Origin: Nemertoderma westbladi
Lineage: Eukaryota > Animalia > Xenacoelomorpha
Reading direction: 5' to 3'
Assembly: GCA_032718475.1 (NCBI GenBank)
Contig: JAUCBJ010007243.1
Coordinates: 88,079 to 152,078, forward strand
DNA: 64,000 nt
Position numbers and translations under genes: made by a program. Shown here in pieces: positions 11,288 to 23,500 of the stretch. The notes under the pieces are model-generated. The model saw only the letters and a program-made list of their open reading frames with translations, was not told the origin of the DNA and made no database searches. The first letter of the stretch is position 1. Every line of letters starts with the position of its first letter.

Positions 11288-11529
11288 GTTTGTAATAATA
11301 ATAGGCCTACAGTAATACTGTAAAAAAAAATAATAATAATATCAATTTGTTCAAGATTATATTTTATACAGCCCACTGCCTTGTAGATACAGAGATAAAC
11401 CTACAATATATTACAATAAATAATCGATTTAAATTTTGTTTTAAAAAGGGATAGGGTAATTAATATTAGTCAGTCCAGCAGTGAGGTTTTATTGTCAGTA
11501 TAGTTTAAGACAGAAACTCAAGAGTCTGT

Positions 11530-12923
11530 GCATTAGGGCGGTGCGTTTTTTACTTTTTTTTCGATTTCATTGTTCTACCGGTGCACAAAAGTTACCAAAT
11601 GGTAAAAAAATTTCTTTAAATTTCGTCTATGTCTTCACGGATCCCAAGAGGGTTGAAATTTTGTGCCATCGCGATGCACCATAATGAAATTTATAACAAT
11701 ATAACACATTGATGAAAGATCAATGACTCAAAAAAGAACTTCCTGCATGCATCAAATGTCATCAAATGGGTCCAAACTTAGTTAGATACCAAAATTTTAA
11801 TTTTTGGATTAAGGGAAGTAGTGCCACAGGCACATAGCCAGAACTTACTCTTTGGCGCAAGTGATGATTATTCTCAATTTTGGTGATGGACAACTTTTAG
11901 TTCTCCTACGGCATTATTATTATGCTCATTTGAACCGCAATGACCGATTTATTTAGTGGGGGTAGACACCATCAAAATAAGCATAGAGCGAATAGTTCTT
12001 GAGATATTACAGAAAATGTTAATTACGGCACAAGTCAACATTACTGCCTTGATGATTTATAGACAAATACACAAAAATGTTACTTCTAATTATCTTAAGG
12101 CATCAAAAATAGACACATCACTGCAACAAATTGATTTAGTGTATACAGGAACCTTCAAAATTAAAGAGCAGTGATTAATTCACTATAGTTTTTGTACAAA
12201 ATGTGTGGAATGGGTCAACTCAATATCAAGTATTAATTGGTGGATATAGTCTTGACATTTTGTAAAATAACTCAAAAACTAATGACTCTACTCTTATTTT
12301 GAAGGTGTCTTCACCCATTATATCGATCATTTCTGTGATGTGTCTATTCTTGATTCCTTGAGATAATTCAATATATCATTTATAGTGTATTTGTCCATAT
12401 CACATCAAGGCGGTAATGTAGACTTGTGCCGTACTTCACATTTTCTGCGATATCTCAAGAACTATTCGCTCTATGCTTATTTTGATGGTGTCTACCCCCA
12501 CTAAATCGGAAATTGCGGTTCTAATGAGCATAATATGAATGCAGTAGGAGAACTCAAAGTTGGCCATCGCGAAAATTGAGAATAATCATCACTTGCGCCA
12601 AATGGTAGGTTCTGGCCATTTTCCTGTGGCACTAGTTTCCTTGACCCAAAAATTAAAATTTTGGTATCTAACTAAATTTGGATCCATTTGATGACATTTG
12701 ATGCATGCAGGAAGTTCTTTTTTGATTCATTGATCTTTCATCAATGTGTTATATTGTTATAAATTTCATTAGGGTGCATCGCGATGGCACAAAATTTCAA
12801 CCCTCTTGGGATCCGTGAAGATATAGACGAAATTTAAAGAAATTTTTTTACCATTTGGTAACTTTTGTGCACCGGTAGAACAATGAAATCGAAAAAAAAG
12901 TAAAAAACGCACCGCCCTAATGC
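11530..12923. mobile_element. ~1.39 kb almost fully palindromic non-autonomous DNA transposon (foldback/MITE)
   Basis: GCATTAGGGCGGTGCGTTTTT... is mirrored by ...AAAAACGCACCGCCCTAATGC. The arms pair for ~670 bp, near-perfectly at the outside and more diverged inward, around a ~50-bp loop near 12205-12254. Confidence 0.88.
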
Positions 12924-13065
12924 CCATGCCTTTCCCTTACGTATTCGAAGATCCTCACCTGACTTCCGGATCCATAACTTCCATACTTCCGTACTCCTAA
13001 GTCATCAGCAAAGTTTAGATCAGCAGTATTTCCTTGACTTTGTTGTTCGATGTTTGATGAACTCG
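12921..13065 (-). mobile_element. RTE LINE 5' remnant, same copy as 10745-11287
   Basis: Minus strand encodes ADLNFADDL (RT catalytic FADD motif) and EDLRIRKGKAWA, which continues into AALNRLSRIWKS at 11287. Confidence 0.75.
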
Positions 13066-13552
13066 ATGTTTAATTCTAAAACGTCAAATGTTTGTTGTGG
13101 ATATATTGGCTTGATAAAACCAGTGTGGAGTTTTCGAAACTGAAATGCTGCAGCAAGTAATAAATAATTAGCTAATTAAAGGCCATTTTTTTAATTAGAG
13201 AGCAGCTTATTTTTGACCATTACTTCGCGAGTTTTGATCGTAAGGCCTTGATTTTGTGCTCATTCTGTTCAAATTCACTTACAATTTTATGATTTTATAT
13301 GATATTTTCTCATTCAAAACCGCTGCGAAAAATACAACCTTTTAAAAATTGTGTTCCAACATTCGAGATTTTGCACTCAAATAGATCAGTAATTATTGCT
13401 GTTTTCAAAAATATAGGGGTTTAAGGGTTTTTAAAATAAGCTGACTGACTGCCTAATTTACAAAATGAATTTTAGTTAGTGTTACTATTTCATTCGGAGT
13501 AGTAATAAGTCATTACTTTGGACAGCCTATGATTTGCTGCTTTTCCTTTCAG

Positions 13553-13628
13553 GATTCGAATGATGACAGCTCCTCCCGAAGTACCGGTATAAATAGAGCT
13601 AACGGCACAGTGCAACCAAATAATACCG
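13553..13628 (+). CDS. NR2C2: NR2C-like receptor exon 5 (hinge; DSNDDSSSRSTGINRANGTVQPNNT)
   Basis: Strong acceptor cttttcctttcag and donor CCG|GTGAGT. Phase 0 to phase 1 bridges exons 4 and 6 exactly. Confidence 0.8.
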
Positions 13629-13875
13629 GTGAGTTAGTATCAGTATCCACTGGGAGCAGCTGCATTCCATTGCGCTGCAGCCGTGTGTGGTGCTGCATTG
13701 TACGCACATCCAGCGTTTTGTGAGTTCGTTTATAAACACAAAATATTTCAAATACATTTAAGTCGGAACTTAAATATTATGATCATTGCTAACTATATCC
13801 TTTAACATTCCAATTATTAACTATATTATTAGTTAATTTTATTATCTTATTGTAACTTAATAGTATTACGTTTAG

Positions 13876-14024
13876 ACCGGATACTCAATCAACATCGATA
13901 CGAGTTCCAACTGACCACCCCCCAACCGATTCCAGACCCTCTTACCGTTCACTATATCTGCGAGTCTGCGTCCCGGTTACTCTTCCTTACTATTAATTGG
14001 GCGAGAACAATTCCCGCATTCCAG
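13876..14024 (+). CDS. NR2C2: NR2C-like receptor exon 6 (start of ligand-binding domain)
   Basis: Hand translation (not in the ORF track): DRILNQHRYEFQLTTPQPIPDPLTVHYICESASRLLFLTINWARTIPAFQ. This matches the TR4 signature VHYICESASRLLFLSMHWARSIPAFQ. Acceptor tttag, donor CAG|GTGCGT. Confidence 0.95.
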
Positions 14025-14277
14025 GTGCGTCGAGAATAGGAAGTATTAATCAATCGGTATTTATAATAATTCACTGCCGAAATCCCAGTGTCAGAGTGGA
14101 TGCAGCGGCTAACCGCTTTCACATAGTGTTTGGGGTGCAGGTTCAAATCGGGGTAGTAATTTCGCACTGTTCCCTAATGCCAGACTCTTTAGAAGTTAGC
14201 TAACAGCTGTGGCTTAACAGCCAAGATAGTGAATCATTCGGTGTTTCGTTTATAACGTTCACATATTATTGTTCTAG

Positions 14278-14563
14278 AACCTGGGTCTGGATTGCAGTAG
14301 GGACATGCTACGGGCTACATGGTGCGAGGCGTTCGTGCTGGGACTAGCTCAGTTCGCCCACACAATGTCACTAGCTACCATGCTCACCGCAATAATGAAC
14401 CATCTACAGGCCAGTCTGCAGCAGGGTCGTCTCACAGCCGATCGTGTCCGTCATGTGATGGACCACATCTGGAAACTACAGGAGTTTGTGTCGGCAGTCC
14501 TCAGACTCAATGTTTCTGATAGAGAGTACGCCTATCTACGGGCCATTGTATTGTTCAGTCCAG
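14278..14563 (+). CDS. NR2C2: NR2C-like receptor exon 7 (LBD, ends ...EYAYLRAIVLFSP); gene continues beyond the window
   Basis: NLGLDCSRDMLRATWCEAFVLGLAQ...VMDHIWKLQEF...EYAYLRAIVLFSP aligns with TR4 (VMEHIWKLQEF...EYAYLKAIVLFSPD). Acceptor ttgttctag, phase-1 donor CCAG|GTATGT at 14563/14564. The expected DHP.../AF-2 exon was not found in 63388-64000. Confidence 0.95.
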
Positions 14564-17500
14564 GTATGTTGTATTGTTCAATCCAGGTATGTTGTATTGG
14601 ACAGTCCAGGTATGTTGTATTGTTCAGTCCAGGTATGTTGTATTGTTCAGTCCAGGTATGTTGTATTGTTCAGTCCAGGTATGTTATATTGTTCAGGCCA
14701 GGTATGTTGTATTGTTCAGTCCAGGTATGTTGTATTGTTCAGTCCAGGTATGTTGTATTGTTCAGTCCAGGTATGTTCTATTGGACAGTCCAGGTATGTT
14801 CTATTGGACAGTCCAGGTATGTTGTATTGGACAATCCAGGTATGTTATATTGGACAGTCCAGGTATGTTATATTGGACAGTCCAGGTATGTTCTATTGGA
14901 CAGTCCAGGTATGTTCTATTGGACAGTCCAGGTATGTTGTATTGGACAGTCCAGGTATGTTGTATTGTTCAGTCCAGGTATGTCCTATTGGACAGTCCAG
15001 GTATGTTCTATTGGACAGTCCAAGTATGTTGTATTGTTCAGTCCAGGTATGTTGTATTGTTCAGTCCAGGTATGTTGTATTGTTCAGTCCAGGTATGTTC
15101 TATTGGACAGTCCAGGTATGTTCTATTGGACAGTCCAGGTATGTTGTATTGGACAATCCAGGTATGTTATATTGGACAGTCCAGGTATGTTATATTGGAC
15201 AGTCCAGGTATGTTCTATTGGACAGTCCAGGTATGTTCTATTGGACAGTCCAGGTATGTTCTATTGGACAGTCCAGGTATGTTGTATTGTTCAGTCCAGG
15301 TATGTTGTATTGTTCAGTCCAGGTATGTTCTATTGGACAGTCCAGGTATGTTCTATTGGACAGTCCAGGTATGTTGTATTGTTCAGTCCAGGTATGTTCT
15401 ATTGGACAGTCCAGGTATGTTGTATTGTTCAGTCCAGGTATGTTCTATTGGACAGTCCAGGTATGTTGTATTGGACAGTCCAGGTATGTTGTATTGTTCA
15501 GTCCAGGTATGTCCTATTGGACAGTCCAGGTATGTTCTATTGGACAGTCCAAGTATGTTGTATTGGACAGTCCAGGTATGTTCTATTGGACAGTCCAGGT
15601 ATGTTGTATTGTTCAGTCCAGGTATGTTGTATTGTTCAGTCCAGGTATGTTGTATTGTTCAGTCCAGGTATGTTCTATTGGACAGTCCAGGTATGTTCTA
15701 TTGGACAGTCCAGGTATGTTGTATTGTTCAGTCCAGGTATGTTGTATTGTTCAGTCCAGGTATGTTGTATTGTTCAGTCCAGGTATGTTCTATTGGACAG
15801 TCCAGGTATGTTCTATTGGACAGTCCAGGTATGTTGTATTGTTCAGTCCAGGTATGTTGTATTGGACAATCCAGGTATGTTCTATTGGACAGTCCAGGTA
15901 TGTTCTATTGGACAGTCCAGGTATGTCCTATTGGACAGTCCAGGTATGTTCTATTGGACAGTCCAGGTATGTTCTATTGGACAGTCCAGGTATGTCCTAT
16001 TGGACAGTCCAGGTATGTTCTATTGGACAGTCCAGGTATGTTCTATTGGACAGTCCAGGTATGTTGTATTGGACAGTCCAGGTATGTTCTATTGGACAGT
16101 CCAGGTATGTTCTATTGGACAGTCCAGGTATGTCCTATTGGACAGTCCAGGTATGTTCTATTGGACAGTCCAGGTATGTTGTATTGTTCAGTCCAGGTAT
16201 GTTCTATTGGACAATCCAGGTATGTTCTATTGGACAGTCCAGGTATGTTCTATTGGACAGTCCAGGTATGTCCTATTGGACAGTCCAGGTATGTTCTATT
16301 GGACAGTCCAGGTATGTTCTATTGGACAGTCCAGGTATGTCCTATTGGACAGTCCAGGTATGTTCTATTGGACAGTCCAGGTATGTTCTATTGGACAGTC
16401 CAGGTATGTTGTATTGGACAGTCCAGGTATGTTCTATTGGACAGTCCAGGTATGTTCTATTGGACAGTCCAGGTATGTCCTATTGGACAGTCCAGGTATG
16501 TTCTATTGGACAGTCCAGGTATGTTGTATTGTTCAGTCCAGGTATGTTCTATTGGACAGTCCAGGTATGTTCTATTGGACAGTCCAGGTATGTTATATTG
16601 GACAGTCCAGGTATGTTCTATTGTTCAGTCCAGGTATGTTGTATTGGACAGTCCAGGTATGTCCTATTGGACAGTCCAGGTATGTTCTATTGGACAGTCC
16701 AGGTATGTTCTATTGGACAGTCCAGGTATGTTCTATTGGACAGTCCAGGTATGTTCTATTGGACAGTCCAGGTATGTTGTATTGGACAGTCCAGGTATGT
16801 TCTATTGGACAGTCCAGGTATGTTCTATTGGACAGTCCAGGTATGTTGTATTGTTCAGTCCAGGTATGTTGTATTGTTCAGTCCAGGTATGTTGTATTGG
16901 ACAATCCAGGTATGTTCTATTGGACAGTCCAAGTATGTTGTATTGTTCAGGCCAGGTATGTTCTATTGGACAGTCCAGGTATGTTCTATTGGACAGTCCA
17001 GGTATGTTGTATTGGACAGTCCAGGTATGTCCTATTGGACAGTCCAGGTATGTTCTATTGGACAGTCCAGGTATGTTCTATTGGACAGTCCAGGTATGTT
17101 CTATTGGACAGTCCAGGTATGTTCTATTGGACAGTCCAGGTATGTTCTATTGGACAGTCCAAGTATGTTGTATTGTTCAGGCCAGGTATGTTCTATTGGA
17201 CAGTCCAGGTATGTTCTATTGGACAGTCCAGGTATGTTGTATTGGACAGTCCAGGTATGTCCTATTGGACAGTCCAGGTATGTTGTATTGTTCAGTCCAG
17301 GTATGTTCTATTGGACAGTCCAGGTATGTTCTATTGGACAGTCCAGGTATGTTGTATTGGACAGTCCAGGTATGTTCTATTGGACAGTCCAGGTATGTTC
17401 TATTGGACAGTCCAGGTATGTTCTATTGGACAGTCCAGGTATGTTCTATTGGACAGTCCAGGTATGTTGTATTGGACAGTCCAGGTATGTTCTATTGGAC

Positions 17501-20500
17501 AGTCCAGGTATGTTCTATTGGACAGTCCAGGTATGTTCTATTGGACAGTCCAGGTATGTTGTATTGTTCAGTCCAGGTATGTTCTATTGGACAGTCCAGG
17601 TATGTTCTATTGGACAGTCCAGGTATGTTGTATTGGACAGTCCAGGTATGTTCTATTGGACAGTCCAGGTATGTTCTATTGGACAGTCCAGGTATGTTGT
17701 ATTGGACAGTCCAGGTATGTTGTATTGGACAGTCCAGGTATGTTCTATTGGACAGTCCAGGTATGTTCTATTGGACAGTCCAGGTATGTTCTATTGGACA
17801 GTCCAGGTATGTTGTATTGGACAGTCCAGGTATGTTCTATTGGACAGTCCAGGTATGTTCTATTGGACAGTCCAGGTATGTTCTATTGGACAGTCCAGGT
17901 ATGTTGTATTGGACAGTCCAGGTATGTTGTATTGGACAGTCCAGGTATGTTGTATTGGACAGTCCAGGTATGTTCTATTGGACAGTCCAGGTATGTTCTA
18001 TTGGACAGTCCAGGTATGTTCTATTGGACAGTCCAGGTATGTTGTATTGGACAGTCCAGGTATGTTGTATTGGACAGTCCAGGTATGTTCTATTGTTCAG
18101 TCCAGGTATGTTCTATTGGACAGTCCAGGTATGTTATATTGGACAGTCCAGGTATGTTTTATTGGACAGTCCAGGTATGTTCTATTGGACAGTCCAGGTA
18201 TGTCCTATTGGACAGTCCAGGTATGTTCTATTGGACAGTCCAGGTATGTTCTATTGGACAGTCCAGGTATGTTGTATTGGACAGTCCAGGTATGTTGTAT
18301 TGGACAGTCCAGGTATGTCCTATTGGACAGTCCAGGTATGTCCTATTGGACAGTCCAGGTATGTCCTATTGGACAGTCCAGGTATGTTCTATTGGACAGT
18401 CCAGGTATGTTCTATTGGACAGTCCAGGTATGTTCTATTGGACAGTCCAGGTATGTTGTATTGGACAGTCCAGGTATGTCCTATTGGACAGTCCAGGTAT
18501 GTTCTATTGGACAGTCCAGGTATGTTCTATTGGACAGTCCAGGTATGTTGTATTGGACAGTCCAGGTATGTTGTATTGGACAGTCCAGGTATGTCCTATT
18601 GGACAGTCCAGGTATGTTCTATTGGACAGTCCAGGTATGTTGTATTGGACAGTCTAGGTATGTCCTATTGGACAGTCCAGGTATGTTCTATTGGACAGTC
18701 CAGGTATGTTCTATTGGACAGTCCAGGTATGTTGTATTGGACAGTCCAGGTATGTCCTATTGGACAGTCCAGGTATGTTCTATTGGACAGTCCAGGTATG
18801 TTCTATTGGACAGTCCAGGTATGTTGTATTGGACAGTCCAGGTATGTTGTATTGGACAGTCCAGGTATGTCCTATTGGACAGTCCAGGTATGTTCTATTG
18901 GACAGTCCAGGTATGTTCTATTGGACAGTCCAGGTATGTTCTATTGTTCAGTCCAGGTATGTCCTATTGGACAGTCCAGGTATGTTGTATTGGACAATCC
19001 AGGTATGTTCTATTGGACAGTCCAAGTATGTTGTATTGTTCAGGCCAGGTATGTTCTATTGGACAGTCCAGGTATGTTCTATTGGACAGTCCAGGTATGT
19101 TGTATTGGACAGTCCAGGTATGTCCTATTGGACAGTCCAGGTATGTTCTATTGGACAGTCCAGGTATGTTCTATTGGACAGTCCAGGTATGTTCTATTGG
19201 ACAGTCCAGGTATGTTCTATTGGACAGTCCAGGTATGTTGTATTGGACAGTCCAGGTATGTTCTATTGGACAGTCCAGGTATGTTCTATTGGACAGTCCA
19301 GGTATGTTGTATTGTTCAGTCCAGGTATGTTGTATTGGACAATCCAGGTATGTTCTATTGTTCAGTCCAGGTATGTTCTATTGGACAGTCCAGGTATGTT
19401 ATATTGGACAGTCCAGGTATGTTTTATTGGACAGTCCAGGTATGTCCTATTGGACAGTCCAGGTATGTTCTATTGGACAGTCCAGGTATGTTCTATTGGA
19501 CAGTCCAGGTATGTTCTATTGGACAGTCCAGGTATGTTGTATTGGACAGTCCAGGTATGTTGTATTGGACAGTCCAGGTATGTCCTATTGGACAGTCCAG
19601 GTATGTTCTATTGGACAGTCCAGGTATGTTCTATTGGACAGTCCAGGTATGTTCTATTGTTCAGTCCAGGTATGTCCTATTGGACAGTCCAGGTATGTTG
19701 TATTGGACAATCCAGGTATGTTCTATTGGACAGTCCAAGTATGTTGTATTGTTCAGGCCAGGTATGTTCTATTGGACAGTCCAGGTATGTTCTATTGGAC
19801 AGTCCAGGTATGTTGTATTGGACAGTCCAGGTATGTCCTATTGGACAGTCCAGGTATGTTCTATTGGACAGTCCAGGTATGTTCTATTGGACAGTCCAGG
19901 TATGTTCTATTGGACAGTCCAGGTATGTTCTATTGGACAGTCCAGGTATGTTGTATTGGACAGTCCAGGTATGTTCTATTGGACAGTCCAGGTATGTTCT
20001 ATTGGACAGTCCAGGTATGTTGTATTGTTCAGTCCAGGTATGTTGTATTGGACAATCCAGGTATGTTCTATTGTTCAGTCCAGGTATGTTCTATTGGACA
20101 GTCCAGGTATGTTATATTGGACAGTCCAGGTATGTTTTATTGGACAGTCCAGGTATGTTCTATTGGACAGTCCAGGTATGTCCTATTGGACAGTCCAGGT
20201 ATGTTCTATTGGACAGTCCAGGTATGTTCTATTGGACAGTCCAGGTATGTTGTATTGGACAGTCCAGGTATGTTGTATTGGACAGTCCAGGTATGTCCTA
20301 TTGGACAGTCCAGGTATGTCCTATTGGACAGTCCAGGTATGTCCTATTGGACAGTCCAGGTATGTTCTATTGGACAGTCCAGGTATGTTCTATTGGACAG
20401 TCCAGGTATGTTCTATTGGACAGTCCAGGTATGTTGTATTGGACAGTCCAGGTATGTCCTATTGGACAGTCCAGGTATGTTCTATTGGACAGTCCAGGTA

Positions 20501-23500
20501 TGTTCTATTGGACAGTCCAGGTATGTTGTATTGGACAGTCCAGGTATGTTGTATTGGACAGTCCAGGTATGTCCTATTGGACAGTCCAGGTATGTACTAT
20601 TGGACAGTCCAGGTATGTTGTATTGGACAGTCCAGGTATGTCCTATTGGACAGTCCAGGTATGTTCTATTGGACAGTCCAGGTATGTTCTATTGGACAGT
20701 CCAGGTATGTTGTATTGGACAGTCCAGGTATGTCCTATTGGACAGTCCAGGTATGTTCTATTGGACAGTCCAGGTATGTTCTATTGGACAGTCCAGGTAT
20801 GTTGTATTGGACAGTCCAGGTATGTTGTATTGGACAGTCCAGGTATGTCCTATTGGACAGTCCAGGTATGTTCTATTGGACAGTCCAGGTATGTTCTATT
20901 GGACAGTCCAGGTATGTTCTATTGTTCAGTCCAGGTATGTCCTATTGGACAGTCCAGGTATGTTGTATTGGACAATCCAGGTATGTTCTATTGGACAGTC
21001 CAAGTATGTTGTATTGTTCAGGCCAGGTATGTTCTATTGGACAGTCCAGGTATGTTCTATTGGACAGTCCAGGTATGTTGTATTGGACAGTCCAGGTATG
21101 TCCTATTGGACAGTCCAGGTATGTTCTATTGGACAGTCCAGGTATGTTCTATTGGACAGTCCAGGTATGTTCTATTGGACAGTCCAGGTATGTTCTATTG
21201 GACAGTCCAGGTATGTTGTATTGGACAGTCCAGGTATGTTCTATTGGACAGTCCAGGTATGTTCTATTGGACAGTCCAGGTATGTTGTATTGGACAGTCC
21301 AGGTATGTTGTATTGGACAGTCCAGGTATGTTCTATTGGACAGTCCAGGTAGGTTGTATTGTTCAGTCCAGGTATGTTGTATTGGACAATCCAGGTATGT
21401 TCTATTGGACAGTCCAAGTATGTTGTATTGTTCAGGCCAGGTATGTTCTATTGGACAGTCCAGGTATGTTCTATTGGACAGTCCAGGTATGTTGTATTGG
21501 ACAGTCCAGGTATGTCCTATTGGACAGTCCAGGTATGTTCTATTGGACAGTCCAGGTATGTTCTATTGGACAGTCCAGGTATGTTGTATTGTTCAGTCCA
21601 GGTATGTCCTATTGGACAGTCCAGGTATGTTGTATTGGACATCCAGGTATGTTCTATTGGACAGTCCAAGTATGTTGTATTGTTCAGGCCAGGTATGTTC
21701 TATTGGACAGTCCAGGTATGTTCTATTGGACAGTCCAGGTATGTTGTATTGGACAGTCCAGGTATGTCCTATTGGACAGTCCAGGTATGTTCTATTGGAC
21801 AGTCCAGGTATGTTCTATTGGACAGTCCAGGTATGTTCTATTGGACAGTCCAGGTATGTTGTATTGGACAGTCCAGGTATGTTCTATTGGACAGTCCAGG
21901 TATGTTCTATTGGACAGTCCAGGTATGTTGTATTGGACAGTCCAGGTATGTTCTATTGGACAGTCCAGGTATGTTCTATTGGACAGTCCAGGTATGTTGT
22001 ATTGGACAGTCCAGGTATGTCCTATTGGACAGTCCAGGTATGTTCTATTGGACAGTCCAGGTATGTTCTATTGGACAGTCCAGGTATGTTGTATTGGACA
22101 GTCCAGGTATGTTGTATTGGACAGTCCAGGTATGTCCTATTGGACAGTCCAGGTATGTTCTATTGGACAGTCCAGGTATGTTCTATTGGACAGTCCAGGT
22201 ATGTTGTATTGTTCAGTCCAGGTATGTCCTATTGGACAGTCCAGGTATGTTGTATTGGACAGTCCAGGTATGTTCTATTGGACAGTCCAAGTATGTTGTA
22301 TTGTTCAGGCCAGGTATGTTCTATTGGACAGTCCAGGTATGTTCTATTGGACAGTCCAGGTATGTTGTATTGGACAGTCCAGGTATGTCCTATTGGACAG
22401 TCCAGGTATGTTCTATTGGACAGTCCAGGTATGTTGTATTGGACAGTCCAGGTATGTCCTATTGGACAGTCCAGGTATGTTCTATTGGACAGTCCAGGTA
22501 TGTTCTATTGGACAGTCCAGGTATGTTGTATTGGACAGTCCAGGTATGTTCTATTGGACAGTCCAGGTATGTTCTATTGGACAGTCCAGGTATGTTGTAT
22601 TGGACAGTCCAGGTATGTTCTATTGGACAGTCCAGGTATGTTCTATTGGACAGTCCAGGTATGTTGTATTGTTCAGTCCAGGTATGTTGTATTGGACAAT
22701 CCAGGTATGTTCTATTGGACAGTCCAGGTATGTTCTATTGGACAGTCCAGGTATGTTCTATTGGACAGTCCAGGTATGTTCTATTGGACAGTCCAGGTAT
22801 GTTCTATTGGACAGTCCAGGTATGTTCTATTGGACAGTCCAGGTATGTTGTATTGGACAGTCCAGGTATGTCCTATTGGACAGTCCAGGTATGTTCTATT
22901 GGACAGTCCAGGTATGTTCTATTGGACAGTCCAGGTATGTTCTATTGGACAGTCCAGGTATGTTCTATTGGACAGTCCAGGTATGTTCTATTGGACAGTC
23001 CAGGTATGTTGTATTGTTCAGGCCAGGTATGTTCTATTGGACAGTCCAGGTATGTTCTATTGGACAGTCCAGGTATGTTGTATTGGACAGTCCAGGTATG
23101 TCCTATTGGACAGTCCAGGTATGTTCTATTGGACAGTCCAGGTATGTTCTATTGGACAGTCCAGGTATGTTCTATTGGACAGTCCAGGTATGTTGTATTG
23201 GACAGTCCAGGTATGTTGTATTGTTCAGTCCAGGTATGTTGTATTGGACAGTCCAGGTATGTTCTATTGGACAGTCCAGGTATGTTCTATTGGACAGTCC
23301 AGGTATGTTCTATTGGACAGTCCAGGTATGTTCTATTGGACAGTCCAGGTATGTTCTATTGGACAGTCCAGGTATGTTGTATTGTTCAGTCCAGGTATGT
23401 TGTATTGTTCAGTCCAGGTATGTTCTATTGGACAGTCCAGGTATGTTCTATTGGACAGTCCAGGTATGTTGTATTGGACAGTCCAGGTATGTCCTATTGG

